A stretch of 64,000 bases of DNA from Bacteroidales bacterium. Its GTDB lineage: Bacteria > Bacteroidota > Bacteroidia > Bacteroidales > VadinHA17. Each line of letters begins with the position of its first letter. Positions within the stretch are counted from its first letter, which is position 1. Positions 9,506 to 19,842 of the stretch are shown piece by piece. Location: NCBI GenBank assembly GCA_038248855.1, contig JBBRXA010000009.1, positions 5,327-69,326 on the forward strand, given 5' to 3'. Position numbers and translations under genes: made by a program. Under the pieces are notes generated by a model. It was not told the DNA's origin. It saw only the letters and a list, made by a program, of their open reading frames with translations, and ran no database searches.

Positions 9506-11083
9506 ATGAAAGTTAAATATGATTTTCTTGTTATTGGTTCCGGACTGGCCGGGCTCACTTTTGCCCTTAAGGCTGCCGCTTACGGAAAAGTGTGCGTGGT
9601 GACCAAAGCAGGCCTTGAAGATACCAATACCCATTACGCCCAGGGTGGGATTGCCACTGTAATGTATTCCCCCGATTCGTTTGAAAAGCACGTGAAGGAT
9701 ACGATGGTTGCCGGCGCAGGATACTGTAACGAGGAAGTAGTCAGAATGGTTGTCAGTGAGGCCCCGGAACGCATCAGGGAAATGATTGAGATGGGCGTCG
9801 ATTTTGACAGGAAGCCTGACGGGAATCTTGACATGGCGATGGAAGGGGGGCACACAGAGCACCGTATTCTTCATCACAAGGATTCAACCGGTGCTGAAAT
9901 AGAGAAGGTTCTTGCATCCCGGGCCAGGGAGAACGGGAATATCGAAATATTCGAGAATCACTTTGCCATCGATCTGCTGACACAGCATAACCTCGGTGAA
10001 TACGTGACCAGGGAGTGGAAGGACATTAAGTGTTTCGGGGCACACGTGGCTGACCTGAACAACCGCAGGGTCAAGACAATCATTTCAAAAGTGACAGTCC
10101 TTGCCACGGGAGGACTGGGCAACATTTACCTGACAACCACCAATCCTGAGGTTGCTACAGGTGACGGCGTTGCAATGGCACACAGGGCCAACGGGAAGAT
10201 TGAGAACATGGAGTTCATCCAGTTCCATCCCACCTCTCTTTATAATCCGAACGTCAGGCCTTCTTTCCTGATCACCGAGGCATTGAGGGGTTTCGGTGCG
10301 GAACTGCGCAACAACTCCGGAGAAAAGTTCATGCCAAGATATCACGTGCGTGGGTCGCTGGCCCCGCGTGACGTTGTCGCCAGGGCAATAGACAACGAGA
10401 TGAAACTGAGAGGTGAGGACCACGTGTGGCTCGACTGCACCCACCTTAACGGAGATGAGGTTAAGTCTCATTTTCCGCATATTTTTGAGAAATGCCTGTC
10501 GGAGGGAATAGATATTACCAGGCAGATGATACCGGTTGTACCTGCAGCACATTACTCGTGCGGAGGGATAAAGGTTGACATGAACGGAAGGACATCTATT
10601 GACCGGTTGTATGCGATTGGCGAGGTTTCTTCAACCGGCCTTCACGGAGCCAACAGGCTGGCATCAAATTCCCTTATCGAGGCAGCAGTATATGCACACA
10701 GGGCGGCTGCCGATGCCTCACCCCGCCTTAATGAACTCACATTTGAAGACAAAATCCCGGGATGGAACTACCACGGAACAACCCATCTCGAGGAAATGGT
10801 CCTTGTCACCCAGAACTATAAGGAGATGCAGATGATAATGAGCAATTATGTCGGCATTGTAAGGTCAGACCTTCGTCTCGCAAGGGCGAAGACCAGGCTC
10901 GAAATAATATATCAGGAGACGGAAGATCTCTACCGCAGGTCGACAATTTCGAGAAAGCTCATCGAGCTGCGCAACCTGATTGCTGCAGGTTACCTGGTTA
11001 TAAAGATGGCCCAGAACAGGCAGGAAAGTCTGGGGCTGCATTATTCAATAGATTATCCGGCCAGACCGGGGTCAGAATTTTAA
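9506..11083 (+). CDS. nadB: L-aspartate oxidase
   Basis: 525 aa. FAD motif DFLVIGSGLAGL, then HYAQGGIA and GANRLASNSLIE, with a C-terminal helical domain. Confidence 0.93.
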   Translation: MKVKYDFLVIGSGLAGLTFALKAAAYGKVCVVTKAGLEDTNTHYAQGGIATVMYSPDSFEKHVKDTMVAGAGYCNEEVVRMVVSEAPERIREMIEMGVDFDRKPDGNLDMAMEGGHTEHRILHHKDSTGAEIEKVLASRARENGNIEIFENHFAIDLLTQHNLGEYVTREWKDIKCFGAHVADLNNRRVKTIISKVTVLATGGLGNIYLTTTNPEVATGDGVAMAHRANGKIENMEFIQFHPTSLYNPNVRPSFLITEALRGFGAELRNNSGEKFMPRYHVRGSLAPRDVVARAIDNEMKLRGEDHVWLDCTHLNGDEVKSHFPHIFEKCLSEGIDITRQMIPVVPAAHYSCGGIKVDMNGRTSIDRLYAIGEVSSTGLHGANRLASNSLIEAAVYAHRAAADASPRLNELTFEDKIPGWNYHGTTHLEEMVLVTQNYKEMQMIMSNYVGIVRSDLRLARAKTRLEIIYQETEDLYRRSTISRKLIELRNLIAAGYLVIKMAQNRQESLGLHYSIDYPARPGSEF

Positions 11084-11096
11084 CTGTTTTTCAGAT

Positions 11097-12071
11097 ATGG
11101 AGATAAGTGAACCCACTTCAGCGCCTGTTGGCGGCGACGATTTGTTTCTTACAGCACCCTTCAGGGGGAAGAACGCATTCTGGAGATATTTTACAGGTGC
11201 GGTAATACCGTTTATCGCCTCGAACCTTATAGGCGCCATTCCACTGGTTGTAGTGATGATTGTGGCGTCAGACGGAGATATGACGGCAACCAAAGGAGGG
11301 ATGCCCGATTTTGCAGCAATGGGCATAGACCTGAACATCGGCTTTTTCCTGAGTGTTTTTCCGTTTGTCCTTGCTTTCCTGGCCTTTGTGTACCTGATAA
11401 AGCCTCTGCACGAGCGAAGTCTCAGGAGCGTAATTAACGGTGGACGTAGTATCCGCTGGGGAAGAATATTTGTTTCGGCAGGAGTATGGACCCTTATTTC
11501 TGCCTGTTACCTGTGGTTTGCAATAAAAACGGATGCGGACAATTTCATACTCTTAAATAACTCCCGGTCTCTTCTGATACTTGCAGGTCTGGCCATACTT
11601 CTGATTCCTTTCCAGGCAGGTTTCGAGGAGTTGCTTTTCAGGGGATACCTGATGCAGGGCTTCGCTGTACTGGCGAGGAACAGATGGTTGCCGATCGTAG
11701 CTACTTCGGTACTTTTCGGACTGATGCACTCCTTAAATCCGGAGGTAAAAGAGTACGGGTTTCTTACGATGATGCCACAGTACATTTTCATGGGACTGAT
11801 CTTTGCAATTCCGGCCGTGATGGATGACGGCATTGAGGTTGCCATAGGGGCCCACGTGGCTAACAACATTTTCCTGTCCGTCTTTCTTACAACCAGTGAC
11901 TCTGCACTGCAGACACCGGCGATGTACGAACAGATCAATATTTATCCGTGGAAGGATCTTGGCGGGCTTCTGGTAATGGCAGCAATATACCTGAGTGCAA
12001 TGGCACTGATCTATAAATGGAAAGATATCAGGAAACTCTACGGAAGAATTAATCCGGAGGCGGCAGTTTAA
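11097..12071 (+). CDS. CPBP-family intramembrane glutamic endopeptidase (CAAX protease-like)
   Basis: Multi-TM protein with motifs FEELLFRGYL, FGLMHSLNPE and GAHVANN. Confidence 0.8.
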   Translation: MEISEPTSAPVGGDDLFLTAPFRGKNAFWRYFTGAVIPFIASNLIGAIPLVVVMIVASDGDMTATKGGMPDFAAMGIDLNIGFFLSVFPFVLAFLAFVYLIKPLHERSLRSVINGGRSIRWGRIFVSAGVWTLISACYLWFAIKTDADNFILLNNSRSLLILAGLAILLIPFQAGFEELLFRGYLMQGFAVLARNRWLPIVATSVLFGLMHSLNPEVKEYGFLTMMPQYIFMGLIFAIPAVMDDGIEVAIGAHVANNIFLSVFLTTSDSALQTPAMYEQINIYPWKDLGGLLVMAAIYLSAMALIYKWKDIRKLYGRINPEAAV

Positions 12072-12107
12072 AATGAATTAAGCAGCACTTTTATCAGTTT
12101 GGTCGCC

Positions 12108-12250
12108 TTGCGGTTCCATTGTCAGACACCGTAAATACCCGGAAACTCCTCACTTGGCGGTTTCCATTGTCAGACACCGTATATCCCGGGAAACTCCTCA
12201 CTTGGCGGTTCCATTGTCAGACACCGTAAATACCCGGAAACTCCTCACTT
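12108..12250. repeat. Three tandem copies of a 47-48 bp unit spanning the dusB stop codon
   Basis: Copies at about 12108-12155, 12156-12203 and 12204-12250, with unit cggttccattgtcagacaccgtaaatacccggaaactcctcactt. Copies 1 and 3 are identical over 45 nt. The middle copy carries 4 small differences. Confidence 0.9.
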
Positions 12251-13230
12251 CGGAATGTTCCCCACTTTTCCCTGATCTCTCCGATTACCGATTTTATCTC
12301 GTCAACATCTAGTGTTGTCAGGAGCCTCAGTCTTGTCTCCCTGAAGTTGGGCAGACTTTTAAAATAGTTGGAAAAATGTCTTCGCATTTCTAAAATGGCT
12401 GCTTTCCCCTCTTTGTGTTCGAGTGATTTATCAAGATGCAAAATGGCAAGATCAGCCTTTTCTTCAACAGTCGGTTCCGGCAGTATCTCGCCGGTGTCAA
12501 GAAAGTGGCGTATATCTCTGAATATCCATGGCTTGCCGAATGTGGCCCTGCCTATCATGATGCCGTCAACACCGTACCTTTCAAACATCTCTTTTGCCCG
12601 CAGAGGTCCGTTTATGTCGCCGTTGCCAATGACCGGGATCCTCATCCGGGGATTGTTCTTCACCTCGCCAATGAGCGTCCAGTCAGCCTCCCCGCGGTAC
12701 ATCTGCGCCCTGGTGCGACCGTGAATTGTCAGTCCTGCAATGCCTGTATCCTGCAGCCGCTCCGCCAGGTCAACTATTGTCTTACTGTTTTCATCCCATC
12801 CCAGCCTTGTTTTCACAGTGACAGGGAGTTCAACGGCCTTAACTATGGCAGAGGTCATTTCAAGCATCAGGGGTATATTCTGAAGCATGCCCGCACCTGC
12901 TCCCCTTGTTGCTATCTTCCTCACGGGGCAGCCGTAGTTTATATCGATAAGGTCTGGCCCCGCCTCCATGGCAATCTGTGCGGCTTCAACCATCGATTCG
13001 ATGATATGGCCGTAGAGTTGTATTCCAATGGGTCTTTCGTAATCAAACAGATCGAGCTTTTTCACGCTGCTTTTGCCGTCTCTGATAAGCCCGTCGGAAG
13101 AAATAAATTCGGTATACATAAATTCTGCCCCGAACATCTTGCAGATATACCTGAATGAAGGATCGGTAATGTCCTCCATCGGGGCAAGAAAAAGAGGCCG
13201 GGCCCGCAGTATGGTATTTCCCAGTTTCAC
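12217..13230 (-). CDS. dusB: tRNA-dihydrouridine synthase
   Basis: 337 aa. Motifs LAPMEDITD, DINYGCP and LTIHGRTRAQ, with a C-terminal helical domain. Confidence 0.92.
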   Translation of the reverse strand: MKLGNTILRARPLFLAPMEDITDPSFRYICKMFGAEFMYTEFISSDGLIRDGKSSVKKLDLFDYERPIGIQLYGHIIESMVEAAQIAMEAGPDLIDINYGCPVRKIATRGAGAGMLQNIPLMLEMTSAIVKAVELPVTVKTRLGWDENSKTIVDLAERLQDTGIAGLTIHGRTRAQMYRGEADWTLIGEVKNNPRMRIPVIGNGDINGPLRAKEMFERYGVDGIMIGRATFGKPWIFRDIRHFLDTGEILPEPTVEEKADLAILHLDKSLEHKEGKAAILEMRRHFSNYFKSLPNFRETRLRLLTTLDVDEIKSVIGEIREKWGTFRSEEFPGIYGV

Positions 13231-13270
13231 GGATAAATGTCAGATCAGGATAAACCGAAGTCGCTGAATA

Positions 13271-13993
13271 TTATACCTCAAAAAGGGTTGGAGAGGTGTT
13301 TTGGGTCAACTCATTCTTCCTGAATACGTAAACGAGGCCATATCTTTCAGTTTGGATGCGTCTCTCATTTTCAGGCAGTGGGGCGAACTTAGCTTCCACC
13401 TCGTTCCAGATACTTGTGATAAGCTCGTCAGCCTCAACACGCATTTCAGCCGTGCGGTTGACACAGTCTGCAACACGCCTGCCCAGTGTCATGTGCATAT
13501 TACGCGCCTCCAGGAACTTTTCATAACGCGCCTTAACCACGGCAATGGACGGGTTGGTAACCGGAGTTTGACCTTTACGGATTCTGTACTCTTCCCCGTC
13601 AATTATCCTCTTTCCCCAGGCCACCAATTCATTATCCGTTGAAAAAGAGGGAATTGCAGCATCGTCAGGTGATATACCGTAAAAGGATTTCGTTTCGGCA
13701 GGCAGTTCACCCCTGGCAACGGCCATATTCACAACTTTCAGAAAGTGATTGAGATAGAGTCTTACCTTGCGTGTAACCTCCTGGTTAACTTTGCTTTTGT
13801 CAAGCTGATTGTTGGCTGTCTGACGCTGGTGGCTGATACTGTTCTCAAAAACAGGAAGAAAACCCTGGAGTCTTACCAGTGTCTTCATCGAGTAAGCGAG
13901 ATTGAACGGGGGAGTGTCTTTGCCTATTTCAAGAGCTTTCTTCATTGCTCGCAGTCTTGCGGAATCAGTGTTTGGAAGACGTCGGTAGGGCAT
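13271..13993 (-). CDS. Hypothetical protein
   Basis: ORF with no recognisable motif. Start set at MPYRRLPNT (13993); the maximal ORF runs to 14053. Confidence 0.5.
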   Translation of the reverse strand: MPYRRLPNTDSARLRAMKKALEIGKDTPPFNLAYSMKTLVRLQGFLPVFENSISHQRQTANNQLDKSKVNQEVTRKVRLYLNHFLKVVNMAVARGELPAETKSFYGISPDDAAIPSFSTDNELVAWGKRIIDGEEYRIRKGQTPVTNPSIAVVKARYEKFLEARNMHMTLGRRVADCVNRTAEMRVEADELITSIWNEVEAKFAPLPENERRIQTERYGLVYVFRKNELTQNTSPTLFEV

Positions 13994-14137
13994 AAAGGAA
14001 CAGTTTAGGGATTGTTGGTTATGCGAATATACACTCTTAATGAAAACTGTCAATAGCCTTCGCAGTTAAAAAATGTTGATAACGTGAAAAATATCAACAG
14101 TACTTAGTACTTTAGTGATCTGTTAAATAACTGAATT

Positions 14138-15523
14138 ATGTTTGAACGTGAAGTCTACTTCAACCGCAGGCAAATACTTGCATCACAGGTAAAAAACGGG
14201 ATTGGCCTCTTTATCGGCAATGTTGAGGCGCCAATGAACTATCCGGGAAATACATATCACTGGCGGCAGGACAGTGATTTCCTCTATTTTTTTGGACTGG
14301 ATCTGCCAGGCCTGACGGGAGTTATTGATTTTGACTCCCATGAAGAATTTATATTCGGGAATGATGTTGACATCGATGATATAATATGGATGGGCCCGCA
14401 GCCGACAATAGCAGGACTGTCTGAAAGTGTTGGGGTTAAAAAGGCCCACCCGGTTACCGGACTGAAAGAGTTTATCGGGAAGGCACTGGAGGGTGGGCGA
14501 ACTGTTCATTTCCTGCCTCCTTACAGGGCAGAGACAAAGATGACACTTGGAGCGCTGCTGCATGAGAATCCCTGCCAGATGCGCAGCAAGGCATCTGAAG
14601 AGCTCATTAAGGCTGTGATAGCTTTACGGTCACTGAAGGAGGACTGTGAGATAAAGGAGATAGAAAAAGCTTCCGATATTGCCTGCGAGATGCAGACTAC
14701 CGCCATGCGCATGTGTAAACCCGGAGTATCTGAAAGAGAGATCTTCGGCGTAATAGAGGGTATCGCCTGGGCAAAGGGAAGCGGGACTTCTTTTCCCATA
14801 ATACTGAGCGTAAACGGACAGACGCTCCATAACCACTCACATGACAACATTTTGAAGGAGGGCAGAATGATGGTGTCAGACTGCGGCGCCGAGTCGCTGA
14901 TGCACTATGCTGCTGACCTGACTCGCACCACCCCGGTGGGAGGACGTTTCAGCCAGCGTCAGAAAGAGATCTACGAGATTGTTCTGAAAGCCAATACAGA
15001 ATCGGTTAAACTGGCAAAACCGGGGATGTCAAATAAGGATCTGCACCTGAATGCATGCCGCATAATTGCCGCAGGTCTGAAGGAACTGGGTTTGATGAAG
15101 GGTGACCCTGCCGAGGCTGTTGCTGCCGGAGCCCATGCTCTTTTCATGCCTCACGGCCTGGGCCATATGATGGGCCTTGACGTCCATGACATGGAAAGCC
15201 TTGGTGAAAATTTCGTCGGGTATAACGATGAAGTAAAACGAAGCAGCCAGTTCGGCCTCGCCTTTCTGCGTTTTGCATTGCCCTATAAGCCCGGTCATGT
15301 CTTTACAGTTGAGCCGGGGATATATTTTATACCCGAACTGATGGAGATGTGGAAAGCCGAAGGAAAGTTCAGCCAGTTCATTAACTACGAAAAAGCAGTA
15401 ACCTGGCTTGGCTTCGGAGGTGTAAGGATTGAGGACGATGTACTTATCACCGCTGACGGCAGCAGGATGCTGGGCAAAACTGCTCCGAAGACCGTTACGG
15501 AGATCGAAGAGGTCTGCAGTTGA
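14138..15523 (+). CDS. Xaa-Pro aminopeptidase (M24B, aminopeptidase P family)
   Basis: 461 aa. Metal-ligand context DCGAE...YAADLTRT, HGLGHMMGLDVHD, VEPGIYF and GGVRIEDD. Confidence 0.88.
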   Translation: MFEREVYFNRRQILASQVKNGIGLFIGNVEAPMNYPGNTYHWRQDSDFLYFFGLDLPGLTGVIDFDSHEEFIFGNDVDIDDIIWMGPQPTIAGLSESVGVKKAHPVTGLKEFIGKALEGGRTVHFLPPYRAETKMTLGALLHENPCQMRSKASEELIKAVIALRSLKEDCEIKEIEKASDIACEMQTTAMRMCKPGVSEREIFGVIEGIAWAKGSGTSFPIILSVNGQTLHNHSHDNILKEGRMMVSDCGAESLMHYAADLTRTTPVGGRFSQRQKEIYEIVLKANTESVKLAKPGMSNKDLHLNACRIIAAGLKELGLMKGDPAEAVAAGAHALFMPHGLGHMMGLDVHDMESLGENFVGYNDEVKRSSQFGLAFLRFALPYKPGHVFTVEPGIYFIPELMEMWKAEGKFSQFINYEKAVTWLGFGGVRIEDDVLITADGSRMLGKTAPKTVTEIEEVCS

Positions 15524-15549
15524 TTAAACAGAAGAGAACAGATCTTAAA

Positions 15550-16284
15550 TTACCAGGCTTTGTAATACTCCCTGTTGAGCCTGGCGATATTGGTTAGCCT
15601 GATCTGCTTGGGACACTTAGCCTCACAGGCTCCGGTGTTCGAACAGTTTCCGAATCCCTGCCTGTCCATTTCGGCAATCATGGCGCGCACCCTGTCCTTC
15701 GCTTCGATTTTTCCCTGCGGAAGGAGCGTAAACTGAGATATCTTGGCTGACACAAACAACATTGCAGATGCATTCTTGCAGGCAGCCACGCATGCTCCGC
15801 ATCCAATGCATACTGCCGAATCAAATGCTTCATCGCTCTTCGTCTTATTGACGAGGAAAGCATTTGCCTCTGTGGCTGAACCGACGGATACGGATATAAA
15901 TCCACCCGCAACCTGTATCCTGTCAAAGGCACTGCGGTCAACTATCAGGTCTTTTATTACAGGGAAAGGCTTTGCACGCCACGGTTCAATTACAATTGTT
16001 TCGCCGTCTTTAAAATGCCTCATCGAGAGATGGCAGGTTGTCAGTCCTGCTACCGGACCGTGGGGATAGCCGTTGATGAACATCCCGCAGCTGCCGCAGA
16101 TGCCTTCACGACAGTCGTGGTCAAAAGCAACCGGCTCTTTGTTGTCCTCAGCCAGCTTTTTATTCAGGGCGTCAAGCATTTCAAGAAATGACATAGCAGG
16201 GGAGACGTTGTCGAGATCGTAAAATGCAAATGCCCCTTTTGCCTTTGCATTCTTCTGTCTCCATATTTTCAGTTTGAGTTTCAT
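15550..16284 (-). CDS. sdhB: Succinate dehydrogenase/fumarate reductase iron-sulfur subunit
   Basis: 244 aa. 2Fe-2S motif [10 protein letters not shown] and ferredoxin-type [11 protein letters not shown]...C clusters. Confidence 0.93.
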   Translation of the reverse strand: MKLKLKIWRQKNAKAKGAFAFYDLDNVSPAMSFLEMLDALNKKLAEDNKEPVAFDHDCREGICGSCGMFINGYPHGPVAGLTTCHLSMRHFKDGETIVIEPWRAKPFPVIKDLIVDRSAFDRIQVAGGFISVSVGSATEANAFLVNKTKSDEAFDSAVCIGCGACVAACKNASAMLFVSAKISQFTLLPQGKIEAKDRVRAMIAEMDRQGFGNCSNTGACEAKCPKQIRLTNIARLNREYYKAW

Positions 16285-16308
16285 ATCCGTAATAATTAAG
16301 TTCGTCTG

Positions 16309-18225
16309 TTATTTATAGCTTCTCTCCTTGAGTTCAACAAACTCGAATTTAAGCGGCTCTTTATTCAGTATCGGAGGATTGTCACCGTTGTATTCCCAGG
16401 CGGCAACATATGAATATTCAGCATCGTTTCTCTTTGCCTCACCGTCATCCGTCTGGCTTTCCTCGCGGAAGTGTGCTCCGCACGACTCATTCCTGTTAAG
16501 GGCGTCGGTGATCATCAGCGTGGCCAGTTCGAAGAAGTCGGCAACCCTGCCAGCCTTTTCAAGCTCCTGGTTCAGATCGGCTCCCTCACCGGGCAGGATC
16601 AGGTCGCTCCAGAATTCCTTCTTAAGGTCAGCCACCAGTTCCAGTGCTTTCGTAAGTCCTGCCTCATTGCGTGACATCCCGCAGTAGTCCCACATAATTT
16701 TCCCGAGTCGTTTGTGGAAGCTTGCTGCAGTATGCCTGCCCTTGATCGAAAGCAGTTTTTCAACTCTCTCCTTTGCTTCTTTTTCTGCTACTCCGAATTC
16801 GGCAGCACCGGTATCGGCCCTCGGGGTCCTTATTTCACCGGCCAGGTAATTGCTTATGGTGTAGGGTATTATGAAATATCCGTCACCGGCAGTCTGCATC
16901 AGCGAGCTGGCTCCCAACCTGTTGGCCCCGTGATCCGAGAAATTGGCCTCGCCTATGGCAAAGAGGCCGGGAACAGTTGTCATAAGCTCGTAGTCAACCC
17001 AGAGGCCCCCCATTGTATAATGCCCTGCAGGATATATCCGCATAGGTTCCTCATAGGGGTTCATTCCTGTAATATGCGAATACATTTCGAAAAGGTTTCC
17101 GTATTTATTTTCAATTGCTTTCGTGCCCTGTTTCTTTATCGAATCACGGAAGTCGAGGTTGACTGCAAGCCCGGTCTCGCCAACGCCGTATCCGGCATCA
17201 CACCTTTCCTTGGCGGCCCTTGATGCAACATCCCTCGGCACCAGGTTTCCGAAAGTGGGGTAACGGCGCTCGAGGTAATAATCCCTTTCTTCCTCGGGTA
17301 TGTCATTCGCCTTCCTCTTATCACCCTTGGTTTTAGGCACCCAGATCCGTCCGTCATTGCGAAGCGACTCCGACATCAGGGTCAGCTTGCTCTGGAACTC
17401 GTTAAGCTGAGGTATGCTGGTGGGATGTATCTGAACAAAACTGGGATTGGCAAAGGCTGCGCCTTTTTTATATGCCTTCCATGCCGCCGAGGCATTCGAA
17501 TTTACTGCCAGCGTCGACAGGTAATAAATAGTGCCGTAACCTCCGGTTGCAAGCACTACCGCATGCGCTGCGTGTCTCTCAATCTCACCGGTGATGAGGT
17601 TTCTGACTATGATTCCCCTTGCTTTGCCGTCAACAAGGACCAGATCAACCATCTCCCTGCGGGGATACATTGTAACCGTTCCGACTTTTATCTGCCTGTT
17701 CAGTGACGAATATGCTCCCAGAAGGCATTGCTGCCCTGTCTGCCCCTTAGCATAAAAGGTTCGTGACACCTGTACTCCCCCAAACGACCTGGTATCAAGT
17801 GTACCGCCGTATTCGCGGGCAAAAGGCACTCCCAGTGCTGTATAATGGTCAATGACCTGGTTGCTGACTTCGGCAATGCGGTAGACATTCGCCTCACGCG
17901 CCCTGAAATCACCTCCCTTGATCATATCATAAAAGAGACGGTAGATGCTGTCGCCGTCGTTCTTATAATTCTTTGCGGCGTTGATGCCTCCCTGGGCAGC
18001 TACTGAATGAGCCCTGCGGGGAGAATCCTGGTAACAAAAAACCTTCACATTGTACCCCATTTCTCCGAGCGAAGAGGCTGCTCCGGCTCCGGCAAGGCCG
18101 GTCCCAACAACTATAATGTCAAGCTTTTTCTTATTCGCCGGATTCACAAGTTTAGCGCTTGCCTTGTACCTGGTCCACTTGTCCTCAAGCGGGCCTGCCG
18201 GGATCTTTGAATTGAGATTTATCAT
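16309..18225 (-). CDS. sdhA: Succinate dehydrogenase/fumarate reductase flavoprotein subunit
   Basis: 638 aa. Motifs [24 protein letters not shown] and [10 protein letters not shown]. Confidence 0.95.
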   Translation of the reverse strand: MINLNSKIPAGPLEDKWTRYKASAKLVNPANKKKLDIIVVGTGLAGAGAASSLGEMGYNVKVFCYQDSPRRAHSVAAQGGINAAKNYKNDGDSIYRLFYDMIKGGDFRAREANVYRIAEVSNQVIDHYTALGVPFAREYGGTLDTRSFGGVQVSRTFYAKGQTGQQCLLGAYSSLNRQIKVGTVTMYPRREMVDLVLVDGKARGIIVRNLITGEIERHAAHAVVLATGGYGTIYYLSTLAVNSNASAAWKAYKKGAAFANPSFVQIHPTSIPQLNEFQSKLTLMSESLRNDGRIWVPKTKGDKRKANDIPEEERDYYLERRYPTFGNLVPRDVASRAAKERCDAGYGVGETGLAVNLDFRDSIKKQGTKAIENKYGNLFEMYSHITGMNPYEEPMRIYPAGHYTMGGLWVDYELMTTVPGLFAIGEANFSDHGANRLGASSLMQTAGDGYFIIPYTISNYLAGEIRTPRADTGAAEFGVAEKEAKERVEKLLSIKGRHTAASFHKRLGKIMWDYCGMSRNEAGLTKALELVADLKKEFWSDLILPGEGADLNQELEKAGRVADFFELATLMITDALNRNESCGAHFREESQTDDGEAKRNDAEYSYVAAWEYNGDNPPILNKEPLKFEFVELKERSYK

Positions 18226-18245
18226 AACAGAGTGTTTTCTTCAGG

Positions 18246-18890
18246 TTATTTAATAAGCCATATAAAAAGGGGGATGGATGCAAACCCCAGAGGCAGGACA
18301 ATTGAATATATCAGAGCAAGGACCCTGATCACTGACGTCCAGGAATCGTTTTTGAGGCCGAGGGTCTGAAAGGCTGACTGCAGGGCATGGTAGAGATGGA
18401 GGCCAAGAATAATAAAACAGACCCAGTAAAATACAACATAACCCGGAACAGCAAAGAGGTTATGAGCCACTGAGTAGAAGTCTTCAGGATTGCCCTCAAC
18501 CCAACCGATCTTCATAAAATAAAAGTTGAAGAAATGGATCACCATGAAAACAAGGACGGAACCGCCGGTCCAGATCATAAACTTTGAAAAGGCAGATGTC
18601 TCTGACTTATTTCTTACGGCATACCTCACCGGACGTGAGAGCCAGTTCTGTATCTGGATGAAGATCCCGTAGCTTATATGAACCACAATAGTCAGAAAAA
18701 GCAGTATTTCCACAACCTTGACAGGAGGGAATGTTGCCATAAAATGGGCGGCATTATTGAACTGTGCCGGATCATCTTTCAGCAGCAACAGGTTGATGAT
18801 GAGATGCACCGGAAGAAATACAAGTAAAAACAATCCGGCAAGAGCCATCACAAACTTCTTTGAGATGGCTGAAAATAATAACTTATTCAT
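18246..18890 (-). CDS. sdhC: Succinate dehydrogenase/fumarate reductase cytochrome b subunit (b558-like)
   Basis: 214 aa with 5 TM helices and conserved His. Sits directly upstream of sdhA and sdhB on the same strand. Confidence 0.85.
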   Translation of the reverse strand: MNKLLFSAISKKFVMALAGLFLLVFLPVHLIINLLLLKDDPAQFNNAAHFMATFPPVKVVEILLFLTIVVHISYGIFIQIQNWLSRPVRYAVRNKSETSAFSKFMIWTGGSVLVFMVIHFFNFYFMKIGWVEGNPEDFYSVAHNLFAVPGYVVFYWVCFIILGLHLYHALQSAFQTLGLKNDSWTSVIRVLALIYSIVLPLGFASIPLFIWLIK

Positions 18891-19004
18891 CGGTTTTGTG
18901 CGTTTGTTTTCAGAAGGGATATGAAAAAACAGGCTGAAATCTCTGTTCTTCTTGGTAAATTTATGAAGTTTTTCGGCTTAAACAAAAGTACTATGATATG
19001 TTAT

Positions 19005-19814
19005 ATGCAATTTGAGCAGGGAAAGGTTAAATACAGTGACCTTGGAAAAGGAAATGCAATTGTCCTTCTCCACGGATATCTTGAGACAGGTGAGGTGTGG
19101 CGTCCGCTTGAAAAACTGCTTGCAATCAACCACCGGGTTCTCACGGTAGACCTTCCGGGTCACGGCGGTTCAGAGGTTACTGCTGAGACCCACACGGTGG
19201 AGTATATGGCTGAAGCAGTCAGGGCGGTGATCAAAGAGTCAGGGGAAAAGAAAGTGCTGCTGGCAGGACATTCCCTGGGAGGGTACGTGACTCTTGCCTT
19301 TGCAGAAAAATATCCGGAACTGTTGTCAGGGTACGTGCTTTTTCATTCACATCCTTTTGCTGATTCGCCTGAAGCCAAAGCGAAGAGGAAACGGGAAATA
19401 TTTGTGGTCAGAGCGGGCAGGAAGAATATGATGTATCCGGCAAGCATCTCGATGATGTTTGCCGAACAGAATCTGGAAAAGATGCCGGCGGCGCTGGCAA
19501 GATCGAAGGAGATTGCATCGCAAAACTCTGCCGAAGGGATCATTGCAATGCTGAACGGGATGATGGCAAGGCCTTCACGGAGTTCTGTCGTTGAAAGCGG
19601 AACTGTGCCTTTGCTGTGGATACTGGGGCGCCATGATCTTTACTTCAGTTCTGAAAAGGCCCTTGGCGATATAAAAATCCCCGGTAACGCCAGAGTGGTA
19701 ATCCTTGAGAACTCCGGTCACCTGGGATTTGTCGAAGAGACGGATCTTACCGCAGAACTGGTAAATGAGTTTGCAGGAGGACTAAACTGGAAGGAAAAAA
19801 CTGACAAAAAATAA
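19005..19814 (+). CDS. Alpha/beta hydrolase
   Basis: Motifs LLHGY and the GHSLGG nucleophile elbow. Start set at ATG 19005 because 18921 would leave only 30 nt to the divergent sdhC. Confidence 0.8.
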   Translation: MQFEQGKVKYSDLGKGNAIVLLHGYLETGEVWRPLEKLLAINHRVLTVDLPGHGGSEVTAETHTVEYMAEAVRAVIKESGEKKVLLAGHSLGGYVTLAFAEKYPELLSGYVLFHSHPFADSPEAKAKRKREIFVVRAGRKNMMYPASISMMFAEQNLEKMPAALARSKEIASQNSAEGIIAMLNGMMARPSRSSVVESGTVPLLWILGRHDLYFSSEKALGDIKIPGNARVVILENSGHLGFVEETDLTAELVNEFAGGLNWKEKTDKK

Positions 19815-19842
19815 TACTTCAGGCTTGGCCTGTCCTCCCGGT

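Noticed and set aside
12108-12250. Tandem repeats (here and at 29166-29316) as a CRISPR array or a DGR template/variable repeat pair
   Set aside because: The copies are contiguous with no spacers, so they are not CRISPR. No reverse transcriptase is nearby, the repeats are short, and the few mismatches are not adenine-specific, so they are not DGR-like.
12436-13158. 240-aa ORF antisense to dusB
   Set aside because: This is a shadow ORF inside a well-supported gene, with no recognisable domain or start context. The same reasoning applies to 41690-42388 (antisense to pyrH).
18921-19004. N-terminal extensions of the alpha/beta hydrolase (18921) and of the S41 peptidase (21436-21495)
   Set aside because: The extensions would leave no room for divergent promoters or would overlap the upstream gene. 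The internal ATG codons give N-termini typical of the families.
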